Shown here piece by piece: positions 51,465-61,892 of a DNA stretch of 64,000 nucleotides (positions are counted from its first letter, which is position 1; each line of letters begins with the position of its first letter). The notes below the pieces were generated by a model that saw nothing but the letters and a program-made list of their open reading frames with translations, searched no databases and had not been told where the DNA came from. The position numbers were made by a program, and so were the translations under genes. Source of the DNA: a virus (Duplodnaviria; Caudoviricetes); IMG/VR virus record IMGVR_UViG_3300042888_001972, positions 25,272-89,271 of that record; one strand, 5' to 3'.

Positions 51465-52271
51465 ATGGAAAACAAATTATCACTTTCAATTATATTACCA
51501 ATTAAATCTTCAAAAGCAAAAGATTTTGAAGATTATTTTAACAAAGCAATTGAGTCTATTAAAAACCAACAAGTTGGTATTGAGGAATTAATTATAATAC
51601 ATACTTCGGAAGAGTCGTTAGTCTCTCATTTAAATGGGTATGATTTTGGAGACTTAACCGTTACTAAATTACTTTGGGATAAAGACCCAAGTTATATGGA
51701 CCAAGTTAATTACGGAATTAAAAACGCTAAAGGTAAATGGGTTTCATTGTTTGAGTTTGATGACGAGTACTCATCAATTTGGTTTAAAAATGTTAAAACA
51801 TATGCCGAGGCTTATCCTGAAATACAAATGTTTTTACCTGTAGTTGTTGAAACTGACGATAAAGGGGTATTTGCAGGGTTTACAAATGAAGCAACATTTG
51901 CCGCTAACTTTACTCAAGAAGTTGGATTTTTAACTAATGACACATTACAAAATTATCAGAATTTTCAAACTGCCGGTTCAGTGTTTAAAAAAGAAATTAT
52001 TGAAGATTTTGGTGGTTTCAAATCATCAATTAAATTAACATTTATTTACGAATTTTTATTAAGATTAACGTATAATTCAGTTTCAATTATGACTATCCCT
52101 AAACTTGGTTATAAACATACTAATATGAGGGAAGGTTCAATATTTTGGAATTATAAGTTTGGAGAGTCTGTAATGACAGAAGATGAGGTTAAGTTTTGGA
52201 TTCAAACAGCAAAACGAGAATATTTCTTCGTTGAGGATAGAGCCATAAAGTATGAACCATCTAATGAGTAA
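51465..52271 (+). CDS. GT2-family glycosyltransferase
   Basis: SIILP, NYGIKNAKGKWVSLFEFDD, YEFLLRL. Confidence 0.8.
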   Translation: MENKLSLSIILPIKSSKAKDFEDYFNKAIESIKNQQVGIEELIIIHTSEESLVSHLNGYDFGDLTVTKLLWDKDPSYMDQVNYGIKNAKGKWVSLFEFDDEYSSIWFKNVKTYAEAYPEIQMFLPVVVETDDKGVFAGFTNEATFAANFTQEVGFLTNDTLQNYQNFQTAGSVFKKEIIEDFGGFKSSIKLTFIYEFLLRLTYNSVSIMTIPKLGYKHTNMREGSIFWNYKFGESVMTEDEVKFWIQTAKREYFFVEDRAIKYEPSNE

Positions 52272-53018
52272 ATGCAAGAAACTCTATCTGCGTCAACAGA
52301 AGATGTTTTATCAAAAAAAAGAGGTAGGAAAACCGTTAACTTAAACTATTTTGCAGAAAAAGAAGAATTAGCTGTAAGGAATTTTTTAATCGCCGAAACC
52401 TTTGAGGAAAAAAATAAAATTTATAATGAATTTTTAAGAGCACCTCTCGATAAGATGATATCTTCTATTATTAGACGATACAAATTATATCGTAAAGATA
52501 TGAATTTTATTGAAATTCATACCGACACTCATTCTTTTTTAATGACAAAAGTTGATAAATTTCAACCGTCAAAAGAAAAGAAAGCTTATTCGTATTTTGG
52601 TACTATTTGTAAAAATTATCTAATGGGTCAAATTATTAAAGACCAAAAAGAAACAAATAGGAAAGTGTCTTATGAAGATATTTCCGCGAGTATTGAAGAA
52701 AGACCTGATATGATATATAGAATTGATGACGACATTGTAGATACAAATGCCGTCATCAATGAATATTTAAAAGAATTAAAATTATTCATAGATAAAGAAT
52801 CCTTGAATGATAATGAAAAAAAATTAGGTTATGCTCTTATTGATTTATTTGATAATTATGAGGAAATTTTTTCGGGTGCCGATAATAATAAATTCAATAA
52901 AAATGTCATCCTTTTATCACTAAGAGAAATGACTAATTTAAGTACTAAAGAAATTCGTAGTTCAATTAAACGATTTAAAAAACTTTATCTAATTATTCAG
53001 GTAAAGATGAAAAACTAA
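52272..53018 (+). CDS. Phage RNA polymerase sigma factor (gp55-like, probably late)
   Basis: Region-2-like KVDKFQPSKEKKAYSYFGTICKNY. Confidence 0.7.
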   Translation: MQETLSASTEDVLSKKRGRKTVNLNYFAEKEELAVRNFLIAETFEEKNKIYNEFLRAPLDKMISSIIRRYKLYRKDMNFIEIHTDTHSFLMTKVDKFQPSKEKKAYSYFGTICKNYLMGQIIKDQKETNRKVSYEDISASIEERPDMIYRIDDDIVDTNAVINEYLKELKLFIDKESLNDNEKKLGYALIDLFDNYEEIFSGADNNKFNKNVILLSLREMTNLSTKEIRSSIKRFKKLYLIIQVKMKN

Positions 53019-53037
53019 ACGGAAAGTATTTATTATT

Positions 53038-53403
53038 ATGGCAAGACCTACAAGAAAAGAAATCAATTTTTCAAAAGATTCTATATTATCGCTTATGCAA
53101 GAAATCTATAATGAACTTGTTGAGCAAAGACAAACTGCAATTAGAATTCAAAACAAAATGTTGGCTATGTTGAAAGACCCTTCGGATATGATAACTATTG
53201 GACCGGTAATTGAAAAACAACAAAAAATCGTTAATGATTGTGTTGAAAAGAAAATTAGTCTTTCTAAATTACAATCAAGTATTTGGGAAAAATCTAACAA
53301 TAATACTGAATCATTTTCAATGGCAGATTTGGATGAAGATTTATTAAATAATCTTATTGACAAAGATGTTTCTGAAGATTTAGAAAATTATAAAATGAAA
53401 TAA
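53038..53403 (+). CDS. Hypothetical coiled-coil protein
   Basis: 121 aa; TATTTAT at 53027-53033. Confidence 0.7.
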   Translation: MARPTRKEINFSKDSILSLMQEIYNELVEQRQTAIRIQNKMLAMLKDPSDMITIGPVIEKQQKIVNDCVEKKISLSKLQSSIWEKSNNNTESFSMADLDEDLLNNLIDKDVSEDLENYKMK

Positions 53404-53404
53404 G

Positions 53405-55519
53405 ATGCAGAGCGTACCATCCGGAGGAGGAAGTAGTGGAAGTATTGATTTAAATAACTCGGAAGAATCCATAACCGCAAGAATAAAGTCCTATAAAACT
53501 TATAGGGAGGTATCTGATGCCGAAAAAAACTTAAGAAAAACAAGTGGAGATGCATTATCTAAGTCTACTTCGCAATTAGCAACACAACTTGATAAAATAA
53601 AAGACCTTCAAAAACGTTATTTAAAAGACCCTCCAAATTCAACAGATAAGTTGTTAGATTTTTTGGGGGAAACACGAGGTAATGGTAATGAAACTACAAA
53701 ATACCTTAGAACTAAAGTATTAGAAGTTGCCGCAAAAATAGAACCAAAAATAGCGGGTATTGTTAAAGAACAAACAATAAAGGCGTTAGGTTGTTCTCAA
53801 GAACAAACATATAAAGGACTTTCGGTTAATTTTAATCCTAATATAACACCATTATCAACATTACCGGCAGGGGAAGGAATATACATACCAATACAATCAA
53901 TTGACTTAGCATCAAGTTTAAAATTATCCCCAAAAACTCCTTTTGGTCAGATTTTTTATGAAACTGAAGAACCGTCTGCCAGTCCAATTTTTAGACCTTA
54001 TGGTGGTACTAAAGCGTTTCCGATGAATAAACAATTATATATTTTAACGGAATCTCAATATTCTAATCAATCGTTTGGTCAGATTAACGGTCAAACATAT
54101 AAAGGTAAATCCGGTAGAAATTTATTTGATTTACAATACACCAGAACAAATAATTTAGGGTTAACCGGTGATTTTTATCGTGTTGCATTAATTGATAGGT
54201 TAGATAACAATGGTAATATTTCAAATAATGTTGGTGAGTTTTTATCTGATTATTATAGTACAATCAAATTAGTTGATTCAACCGATATTGAAATGAGATT
54301 AATCAATTTATTATCAGGAGCAATTAGTATTAATTCGCAAATTGGTAGTGGTCCATTGTCATCACAATCAAAATTCTATATAATAGCACAAAGAATTTTA
54401 GGTTTATGTTTTGATTCAAGGCAAGAAATTGATGTTAGTGGTTCTGCTAAAATCGCTGAACTAGATGGTGTCGATGATAGTTTTTTTGAATTTACTGAAA
54501 TTGACTTAAGAAATATTGATAACGAAATTTCTAATGTTCAAAATGGGGTTATGGAATTTGAAGATTGTGAGAACGTAAAATTACCTGTAGATACTCAAGT
54601 ATTAATTGACCAACTTATTAATTTTAGAGACGAGTTGAGCGGTCAAACTACTCAACAACAAGTTGCTTCGATGTCAAATATTATTGACTCAATCTCACAA
54701 AACCCTAAGTGGGACCCTTTAATACCTTCCAATTTTAATGCGTCTGTCGCCATTGATAAAAATGTTATTAAACAAATACCATTGGCTGTTGCGTCAGCGG
54801 TATTATCACCTAAAGTTTTATTACCGTTATACACACTATTAGCAACGGTACAATCCGCAGCGACATATACGTATAATCAAAATATTACAAGTGCTAATAC
54901 CATAATTCAATCCGGTAACACAGTTGGTGGTAGTGCAAGCAATGTTGTTACAAGTGGGGTAGATTTTTTAAACAAATATAGAACTTTTTCAATTCAAGTA
55001 ATATCTTTAATTAGTAATGAATTTTTAAAAATATTATTTCAAGAATTAAAAAGAGATATTTTAAATTTAGTCTCAATTATTATTAAAGATGTTAACCAAT
55101 CTAGTCGACTAAAAAAATATACAACTATTTTAAAATTAATACAAATTGTTTTAATAGTTGCTCAATTAGTAAATGACTATCGAAAATGTAAATCTTTAAT
55201 GAGTAATATACTCGCATTATTAGATGCTGTAAATAATATTGGAATTAAACCACTAATTTCACGTTCAGAAATACCTGAAGCATTAATTAGATTCGCAGAT
55301 TTTCTTCCAGGGTTTTCTCCTGAAAGAGCAACTATTAACACAATTCAACTTTTACAAGCGGTCGGAATCCCTACAGGAACCTTACCTGACGGTACCCCAA
55401 ATTTAATGTTAATATATAATTTAGCGTCAAATAGAGGTGTCACTAAGGAAAGAGCAGAAAACGAAAAAGTTGAGGTAGTTATGAAAACACCATTTACAGG
55501 AATCGGAAAACCATTTTAA
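53405..55519 (+). CDS. Large hypothetical protein, probably virion/baseplate
   Basis: 704 aa in a late operon upstream of the gp5-like gene. Confidence 0.55.
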   Translation: MQSVPSGGGSSGSIDLNNSEESITARIKSYKTYREVSDAEKNLRKTSGDALSKSTSQLATQLDKIKDLQKRYLKDPPNSTDKLLDFLGETRGNGNETTKYLRTKVLEVAAKIEPKIAGIVKEQTIKALGCSQEQTYKGLSVNFNPNITPLSTLPAGEGIYIPIQSIDLASSLKLSPKTPFGQIFYETEEPSASPIFRPYGGTKAFPMNKQLYILTESQYSNQSFGQINGQTYKGKSGRNLFDLQYTRTNNLGLTGDFYRVALIDRLDNNGNISNNVGEFLSDYYSTIKLVDSTDIEMRLINLLSGAISINSQIGSGPLSSQSKFYIIAQRILGLCFDSRQEIDVSGSAKIAELDGVDDSFFEFTEIDLRNIDNEISNVQNGVMEFEDCENVKLPVDTQVLIDQLINFRDELSGQTTQQQVASMSNIIDSISQNPKWDPLIPSNFNASVAIDKNVIKQIPLAVASAVLSPKVLLPLYTLLATVQSAATYTYNQNITSANTIIQSGNTVGGSASNVVTSGVDFLNKYRTFSIQVISLISNEFLKILFQELKRDILNLVSIIIKDVNQSSRLKKYTTILKLIQIVLIVAQLVNDYRKCKSLMSNILALLDAVNNIGIKPLISRSEIPEALIRFADFLPGFSPERATINTIQLLQAVGIPTGTLPDGTPNLMLIYNLASNRGVTKERAENEKVEVVMKTPFTGIGKPF

Positions 55520-55521
55520 AT

Positions 55522-55734
55522 ATGAAAAAAGAAGAATTTGAAAATATAATTAAAGAACAACCAAATCTTAAAAATTTACCTAATCAAAAGTTAGTTGAAT
55601 TTATGGATTTATTATCTTCAGATTTTGAAGGTACTAAAGAGAATATTATTAACTCAACTCGTTATTTAGATAAATTAGAAGAATTATATAATAACACTTT
55701 AAAAGTATACCAAGAAAGAAATAACAATGAGTAG
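55522..55734 (+). CDS. Hypothetical protein
   Basis: 70 aa, operon spacing. Confidence 0.65.
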   Translation: MKKEEFENIIKEQPNLKNLPNQKLVEFMDLLSSDFEGTKENIINSTRYLDKLEELYNNTLKVYQERNNNE

Positions 55735-57226
55735 ACCACTATTTTTTCAATGTATTGTAATAGATAATCAAGACCCATTAATGTTAGGTCGTGTTCGTGC
55801 TAGAATATCAACCGAAAATTATGAAGACACACTTAAAAGTGTGGGTTGGAACCCAGAAATTGACCCTTGGTCCCCTAAAGACCCTTTAGTTTTTAATACA
55901 TTATTACCTTATTTTGTTTATCAAGTACCAAAAATAAATGAGTTAATTCAAGTTTTTTATGTAAATAGAGATTTTAAATATCAAAATCAATATTACATAC
56001 AAAATAGTTTTTCAAGCCCAAGAGCGTCATATGGTGAATATAATTTTGGTGCGAATGTACATACCGGAACAGGATTACAAATTGCGAACCCTCAAGATTT
56101 AAAAAATAAAAATGGTAGTTTATCTACCCCAATATCTAATGGGGTTTTTCCTGAACCAGGTGATAATGCAATATTAGGTCGTGGTAGTGCTGATTTAATT
56201 GTAAAACAAGATGAGGTTTTATTAAGAGCCGGCAAATTTACTGATAATACTTTACAACCAACAATACCTCCAATAGGTAACGAAAATAGAGGTTATTTAC
56301 AATTGACTCGTTTTAGTAGTACTAAAGAAAGTTTATCACCTAAAACTTATTTTGAATTTAAAGACCAAGTAATTTTAAATAATTATTTAATTGAATGGAC
56401 ATTATCAAACCCTGAAAACACTCAAAATAAATTTACTGGGTCAGTTTATTTATATCAATTAAAGCCTGATTCATCGGTTAACACCAAAAATTTAACGGTG
56501 GGAAGTATTGTAAACGAAAATTTAAAAAGATTAGTTTACACACAATCATTTGCGTTATTATCAAAAACTGACACAATAAAATTTATAAATGATTTTATTA
56601 AAACTTGTAATTCTAAAAATGTTAGTTCTACCGGTGATAGATTATTTCCAGTTGTTGGTACAAAATTTCCAATATTTTTTAGACCGACAAACTTAATGTA
56701 TAATAAGTTAAAATCGACTAATTCAACTGAAGTTAAAAATATTTCAGAAATATATAAGTCGATAAAATTGAATAGTGCGGACCAAGGAGGTTATGGTATT
56801 ATTTTAAGTCAAGATGTAGTTAGTTTAACAACACCATTGACTCCTGTAAAAGTAGTAGTACCTCAATCAAAAGAAATTGTTGGTATGACAACTTATGGAG
56901 CATTAGGTAGTGATGTTTTATTTTTACTTTCAAATACTTCTCAAATTCCGGGTAAAAACAAAATTAATTTAAAAGACACATTATATGGAATTTCTGCTGA
57001 TACATTTTCAAATGAAATAATACCAAATACTTCAAGTATGGTTCGTGGTGAAGAACTTTTAGAATTAATTAATTTGATTGTTAGATTTTTAGTTAGTCAT
57101 ACCCATGCTTATCCTGGATTAGCGCCAGTTACTATAACAGAAGACGGTTCAAACGTTTCAAACCTCTTACAAGAACTACAAAATGCGTATACTAAAATAC
57201 TTAATACAACTATTCGACTTAATTGA
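55727..57226 (+). CDS. Baseplate hub/spike protein (gp5/VgrG-like OB fold)
   Basis: VIDNQDPLMLGRVRARI at the N-terminus; VRGEEL...SHTH near the C-terminus. Confidence 0.75.
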   Translation: MSRPLFFQCIVIDNQDPLMLGRVRARISTENYEDTLKSVGWNPEIDPWSPKDPLVFNTLLPYFVYQVPKINELIQVFYVNRDFKYQNQYYIQNSFSSPRASYGEYNFGANVHTGTGLQIANPQDLKNKNGSLSTPISNGVFPEPGDNAILGRGSADLIVKQDEVLLRAGKFTDNTLQPTIPPIGNENRGYLQLTRFSSTKESLSPKTYFEFKDQVILNNYLIEWTLSNPENTQNKFTGSVYLYQLKPDSSVNTKNLTVGSIVNENLKRLVYTQSFALLSKTDTIKFINDFIKTCNSKNVSSTGDRLFPVVGTKFPIFFRPTNLMYNKLKSTNSTEVKNISEIYKSIKLNSADQGGYGIILSQDVVSLTTPLTPVKVVVPQSKEIVGMTTYGALGSDVLFLLSNTSQIPGKNKINLKDTLYGISADTFSNEIIPNTSSMVRGEELLELINLIVRFLVSHTHAYPGLAPVTITEDGSNVSNLLQELQNAYTKILNTTIRLN

Positions 57227-57247
57227 TATTTATAATTAAAAAGGTAA

Positions 57248-58750
57248 ATGTCAATTTTAAGGTCTTACATAGATAAAAACAACACCATCATTTCAAACTC
57301 TTATGTTAATACAGGAAGGAACCCTGTTATTGAGTTAAATTTTGGTGCGTCTGATTTAATAGTTCCCAACTTTGGTTATACAAGATTCATCTTTGATTTA
57401 GATTTATCACTACTACGCCAAAACATCCAATCCGGAGTAATATCAACAGGTTGTACTACGGGGATGACTCATACACTAAACATGACCAACACATCTTCGT
57501 TTGATAATGAACTGTTAAATACTTTCATGTCTAACGAACGAAGAAGGGCGACCTCATTTGATTTAATCTTATTCAGAATACCTCAAATTTCCGGAACTAC
57601 CGGAGGAGCTCAAGGATGGGATGAAGGTGTTGGATATGATTATAATAATTTTAATTTATCTCAAGGAAGTGCCAATGGGACATCAACCCCATTAACATTT
57701 GTCGATAGTCGAGCATATTCATCAAGACCATCAAACTGGTATCAAACAACAACAATTAGTAATTGGTCTCAACCGGGAATCTACGATAATAATAACCAAG
57801 GGGTTGTAAATTATTCAGGATTAACAATTGTTGCCCGACAACATTTTGAGTTAGGTAATGAAGACCTAAACATGGATATGTCCAATGAAATTAATGGTGT
57901 GTTAAATGGAACTATAACCGGTGTTACAGGATGGGGATTAGCATATCTACCTCAACTTGAAAACATATCCGGTCTTACCGATAGTTATAGTGTCGCATTC
58001 TTTTCAAGACACACACAAACTTTTTACCAACCATTTCTACAAACAACGTATGATGATTTAATTCAAGACGATAGAAATATATTTTTAAAGAACCAAGAAA
58101 ATAAATTGTTTTTATACATTTATCAAAATGGGGATTTAGTTAATTTAGATTCAGACCCGTTTGTTAGAATTGAAGACCGAAATGGTGATGTGGTTAGTGG
58201 TATGGCATCACTAAACACTTGTTTAAGGGCAAAAGGAGTTTATGAAGTTATAGTACCTAATGGGTTTAGTGGAAGTCCAACACCTTGTCTATTCTACGAT
58301 ATATGGTCAGGTTTGACAATTAATGGTCAGGCAATACCTAATGTCCAAAATCAATTTATTCTTCAAGAATACAACGCAGGAATCCAAATTGGTTCAACAT
58401 CAAGAGAACCTCAAAAATACGGATTTGATTTCTATGGTATTTTACAAAATGAACAAATTCTTAATTCGGATATTAGAAAAGTTGGTGTGACAATTAAAAA
58501 GGCATACACCGGACAGCAATTATTGTTGGACGTTTCATCTTTCTATAGAGTATACGTTAAAGAGGGAACTACTGAAGTTTTAGTTCAAGATTGGACACCT
58601 ATTAATAGAACTCCAAATGAATATTACTTTATGTTTGATATGAGAGATAAAATACCAAATCAATATTATGTTGACATTCAAGTGAACACTTCAGGTGAGA
58701 AAGATACTTATAAGAAACAATTAACATTTAATATCGTAAATACAAAATAA
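57248..58750 (+). CDS. Putative virion structural protein
   Basis: 500 aa; NTGRNP, WDEGVGYD, FFSRHT; late motif at 57227-57233. Confidence 0.55.
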   Translation: MSILRSYIDKNNTIISNSYVNTGRNPVIELNFGASDLIVPNFGYTRFIFDLDLSLLRQNIQSGVISTGCTTGMTHTLNMTNTSSFDNELLNTFMSNERRRATSFDLILFRIPQISGTTGGAQGWDEGVGYDYNNFNLSQGSANGTSTPLTFVDSRAYSSRPSNWYQTTTISNWSQPGIYDNNNQGVVNYSGLTIVARQHFELGNEDLNMDMSNEINGVLNGTITGVTGWGLAYLPQLENISGLTDSYSVAFFSRHTQTFYQPFLQTTYDDLIQDDRNIFLKNQENKLFLYIYQNGDLVNLDSDPFVRIEDRNGDVVSGMASLNTCLRAKGVYEVIVPNGFSGSPTPCLFYDIWSGLTINGQAIPNVQNQFILQEYNAGIQIGSTSREPQKYGFDFYGILQNEQILNSDIRKVGVTIKKAYTGQQLLLDVSSFYRVYVKEGTTEVLVQDWTPINRTPNEYYFMFDMRDKIPNQYYVDIQVNTSGEKDTYKKQLTFNIVNTK

Positions 58751-58751
58751 T

Positions 58752-59213
58752 ATGACAAGAATAGTAAAATTAACAGAATCAGATTTAACAAGATTAGTTG
58801 AGAAAGTTCTCAAAGAACAAGAAGTAGCTGACTATATGTTCTTCAGTAATCTACAACAAATTAAAAGACAATGTGAAGTATTGTTAGAAATGGACCCTCA
58901 ACAAATTGATGAAATTATTAATGAAGGAGGACATGATTGGGCTGATGACCACGTAACTGAAGCTAAAAATAACATGGACCAAGTATTCGATTTTTTAATG
59001 AACGAAACTAAAAAAGAATACATTGATTACGAAGACATTACTGAAGGTAGAAAGAAAACCGGAACTAAATTATGTGCAAGAGGTATGGCATCCGCCAAAG
59101 CTAAATATGACGTGTACCCCTCAGCTTATGCGAATGGACATGCTATTCAAGTATGTAAAGGTAAAATAAAAGGACTTGATGGTAAAAAACATTGTTCAGG
59201 AGCATATTGTTAA
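58752..59213 (+). CDS. Hypothetical protein with LTESDL leader and YPSAYA basic domain
   Basis: MTRIVKLTESDLTRLVEKVLKEQ; KLCARG...YDVYPSAYANG...CKG. Confidence 0.7.
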   Translation: MTRIVKLTESDLTRLVEKVLKEQEVADYMFFSNLQQIKRQCEVLLEMDPQQIDEIINEGGHDWADDHVTEAKNNMDQVFDFLMNETKKEYIDYEDITEGRKKTGTKLCARGMASAKAKYDVYPSAYANGHAIQVCKGKIKGLDGKKHCSGAYC

Positions 59214-59218
59214 AAACT

Positions 59219-59249
59219 AAAAAAAACCTTCAAACTTGGAGGTTTTTTT
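59219..59249 (+). terminator. Intrinsic terminator
   Basis: AAAAAACCTTCA-aact-TGGAGGTTTTTTT. Confidence 0.75.
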
Positions 59250-59276
59250 ATTTTATAAATTATTTTTTTATTATGT

Positions 59277-59307
59277 TTTGGTAATATCAAAAATATGATT
59301 ATCTTTG
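59277..59307 (+). promoter_or_regulatory. Bacteroidota-type (-33/-7) promoter
   Basis: TTTG-N19-TATCTTTG. Confidence 0.8.
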
Positions 59308-59330
59308 TGGTGTTAAAAAATACTAAACAA

Positions 59331-59741
59331 ATGAGAAGATATTTTAAAAGATTATTTAAGAGATTATGTTTAAGAATCTATTTAAGATTTAAAAGCATAT
59401 CAAGAACTAATATGTCGTCTGTTGATGCAAATGAAATTAAGTCCTCCGCGATTTGTAGAAAATTAATTGCACATCCGGATTCAACTTTTTTAATTGCACC
59501 ATTATCTCAGAAAAGATACATCAAAAATGATTCTTTAGGTGTGTTTATTGTTTTATCCAACAATAGAATTAACATTACCAATCACGTTTATAATTACGAC
59601 GTTAATTTAAATCAAACTATTTCCGATAAACTAAATGGTATTTTTGATAAAAAAGTGGAGGCTTTACGTTTAGAATTTGAAACTGAAATTAAAAGTCAAA
59701 TTAAACATTCATTAACCACCATACTTGGAAAATTAACCTAA
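59331..59741 (+). CDS. Hypothetical basic protein (start revised to 59331)
   Basis: ORF-track start 59295 lies inside the promoter; ATG at 59331 follows an A-rich leader. Confidence 0.65.
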   Translation: MRRYFKRLFKRLCLRIYLRFKSISRTNMSSVDANEIKSSAICRKLIAHPDSTFLIAPLSQKRYIKNDSLGVFIVLSNNRINITNHVYNYDVNLNQTISDKLNGIFDKKVEALRLEFETEIKSQIKHSLTTILGKLT

Positions 59742-59742
59742 T

Positions 59743-60429
59743 TTAATTTTTATATTGTTCCTTAATTATTTTGATGATTAAACCTCTTAACGATTCGTTT
59801 TGAGGTTTTTTTGGTTTATAACTAACCATTGTTGGTTTGTTACCTTTACCAATTTTAGGGTCTTTCTTTTCTTCTCTACGTTTTTGTGAACAAGCAGATT
59901 TTTTTTGACTATCACTCATTTTTCCCGCAACACCAGCTGCTCGACATTTTGGGTAACTTTTTGGACTTGCATCAGGTCGACCACATGGTGGATGTTTTCC
60001 ATCAACTTTGCGACAAATATTAACCCAAGGACCTTTTGGTTGTTTAGACCCTTTTGGTTTTTTCTTAGTACCAAACCAAACCGCTAAATCCTCTCTTAAT
60101 AAATCTTCTTTAATAGGCTTACCATCTAAGGTAGGGTTAATCGCAGAACCTTCTTCATCATTTTGACCTTGATAACTTTGTTTTTGTTTCATTAACCTTT
60201 TTGAAATTTTTATTGTTCTGTTTTCAATTTCTTTTCTTTTTTGTGGAGTTTCTTTATAATCACCATCAGCCTCCTCATACGCCAATTCAGCATTTGAATA
60301 ATGATAAACACTATCAGTAAATGGACCTAATTGTTTTTCCCCCCAAATTTGAGGAGCTAATACTATTGGAACTTTAATTGAACCTGAATTTCCGGAACCG
60401 GTTGCTTCACTAATCTTATTCTTTTTCAT
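59743..60429 (-). CDS. Hypothetical protein with basic Cys-containing domain
   Basis: EDLAVWF...WVNIC...PCGR...YPKC; late motif at 60445-60451. Confidence 0.7.
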   Translation of the reverse strand: MKKNKISEATGSGNSGSIKVPIVLAPQIWGEKQLGPFTDSVYHYSNAELAYEEADGDYKETPQKRKEIENRTIKISKRLMKQKQSYQGQNDEEGSAINPTLDGKPIKEDLLREDLAVWFGTKKKPKGSKQPKGPWVNICRKVDGKHPPCGRPDASPKSYPKCRAAGVAGKMSDSQKKSACSQKRREEKKDPKIGKGNKPTMVSYKPKKPQNESLRGLIIKIIKEQYKN

Positions 60430-60466
60430 ATATTTAACTTATTAATAAATATACAATTTAACAATA

Positions 60467-60715
60467 ATGGAACACGAAAGACAACCAATTGGATTATTAT
60501 TTGATAGTGTGGGGTACAATTCACCTGATGATGTAGATAAATTAACGGATGAAATGACAATCACTCAATCTTTTTACCTTTTAACTGAAGCATTACATTA
60601 TGTTCACAAAACTAGATTATTCACAATGCAAGAAACAGAATTGGTTTCAAAGTCATTAAGAATGTTACATAAGGTAATATCGGATAATCCCAACGAATCC
60701 GAAACAACAGAATAA
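60467..60715 (+). CDS. Hypothetical protein
   Basis: 82 aa ORF followed by a terminator. Confidence 0.6.
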   Translation: MEHERQPIGLLFDSVGYNSPDDVDKLTDEMTITQSFYLLTEALHYVHKTRLFTMQETELVSKSLRMLHKVISDNPNESETTE

Positions 60716-60747
60716 AAAAAAAAGGTCTCACGGGACCTTTTTTTTTT
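60714..60747. terminator. Bidirectional intrinsic terminator
   Basis: A-tract, GGTCTC-ac-GGGACC, T-tract between convergent genes. Confidence 0.8.
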
Positions 60748-60751
60748 ATTG

Positions 60752-61720
60752 TTAATATATTATTGCTCTTATAAATTCTTCTGATAATGAAGGTTTGTGA
60801 ATCACAATTGTTTTACCTTGATTTTTTTCAATCAATTTATCTAAGGTTATTTTAAATGTGGTCATTATCAAACTACGCCCATTAACGTTTATTCCAATTT
60901 CATCAGTGTATTTAATTTTAGTTTCTTTCGGTTTTGTTAAATCATTACCACAAGTTGGACAAAATTTAAAATTAGATTTTACTTTTGTATTACATTCTTC
61001 ACAATATTGTCTGATATCCTGAGATGTCTTATTTTTAGTTGTTAGTGGTTGTATCTTATACAATATTTGATGAGAAGTGTAAGAATTAAATTCCTCATAT
61101 GAATTTTGGAAATTTTGGTCAGATTCTCCACCTTTTTCAACTCTACCTGTTTCGATTGATTTTTTACTACGAGTACGAGGTACACTTAAATCAACTGATG
61201 ATGTGTTTGTGTAATAAGCATTTGTACCACCATTAAAAGTTGCAGTATTAGTTGTAAATGTGGTTGGAGAAACATAACCACCTGTGTGATTAATGTTTGT
61301 ACTAATTAAAGTATTATTCCATGGACGATATGTGTCTGAATAACCACCAACAAGGTTATTCATCTGAATAACTCTTTCATCGTAGAACTCTATCCTCACA
61401 TCCCCGTTTAACGTTATTGCCGATTGATTTTCGGAAGTATTATTAACAGAGTAGGTACTGAACTGAAATTTATTATTAGTGTCTAAAAACCTCTCTAAAA
61501 AGATTCTTTCACCCGGTCTTAAAACTAAACCACTTTGAGAGATGTAATCTCCATTCAATTTAATTTTACAAAGTACTGTTTTTCTTGTTGGGTTATGAAT
61601 TTCGAATTCGAAATTGTCTTGGTCTTCCATGAAGACTACGTGTCCATTGTAGATTTTTAGACGCGATTTTTTCTTTGTGATGTGAGCATTTGGTTTGCTC
61701 ACCGCAGTTGTGTAATTCAT
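60752..61720 (-). CDS. Hypothetical protein with C-terminal zinc ribbon
   Basis: 322 aa; YCEECN...KFCPTCG. Confidence 0.75.
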   Translation of the reverse strand: MNYTTAVSKPNAHITKKKSRLKIYNGHVVFMEDQDNFEFEIHNPTRKTVLCKIKLNGDYISQSGLVLRPGERIFLERFLDTNNKFQFSTYSVNNTSENQSAITLNGDVRIEFYDERVIQMNNLVGGYSDTYRPWNNTLISTNINHTGGYVSPTTFTTNTATFNGGTNAYYTNTSSVDLSVPRTRSKKSIETGRVEKGGESDQNFQNSYEEFNSYTSHQILYKIQPLTTKNKTSQDIRQYCEECNTKVKSNFKFCPTCGNDLTKPKETKIKYTDEIGINVNGRSLIMTTFKITLDKLIEKNQGKTIVIHKPSLSEEFIRAIIY

Positions 61721-61844
61721 TTTACTTAATTTTATAATAGTTAATGACTATGTTACTGATACCTTCGTGTCCGTGAATACTCAAAAGTCAAAATGACTCG
61801 GGACCAATAATCTAAAATCTATGAATAAATATATGTGAAAAAAT

Positions 61845-61875
61845 TTTGCAGTGTAGTAAAAACTATTTATATTTG
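61845..61875 (+). promoter_or_regulatory. Bacteroidota-type (-33/-7) promoter
   Basis: TTTG-N19-TATATTTG. Confidence 0.8.
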
Positions 61876-61892
61876 TAGAAAATTTATAAATT

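Noticed and set aside
4181-60087. Other short ORF-track entries nested in longer genes (for example 4181, 8284, 9241, 19736, 30954, 37818, 45309, 51019, 59905)
   Set aside because: They overlap well-supported CDSs and have no motifs or expression signals of their own
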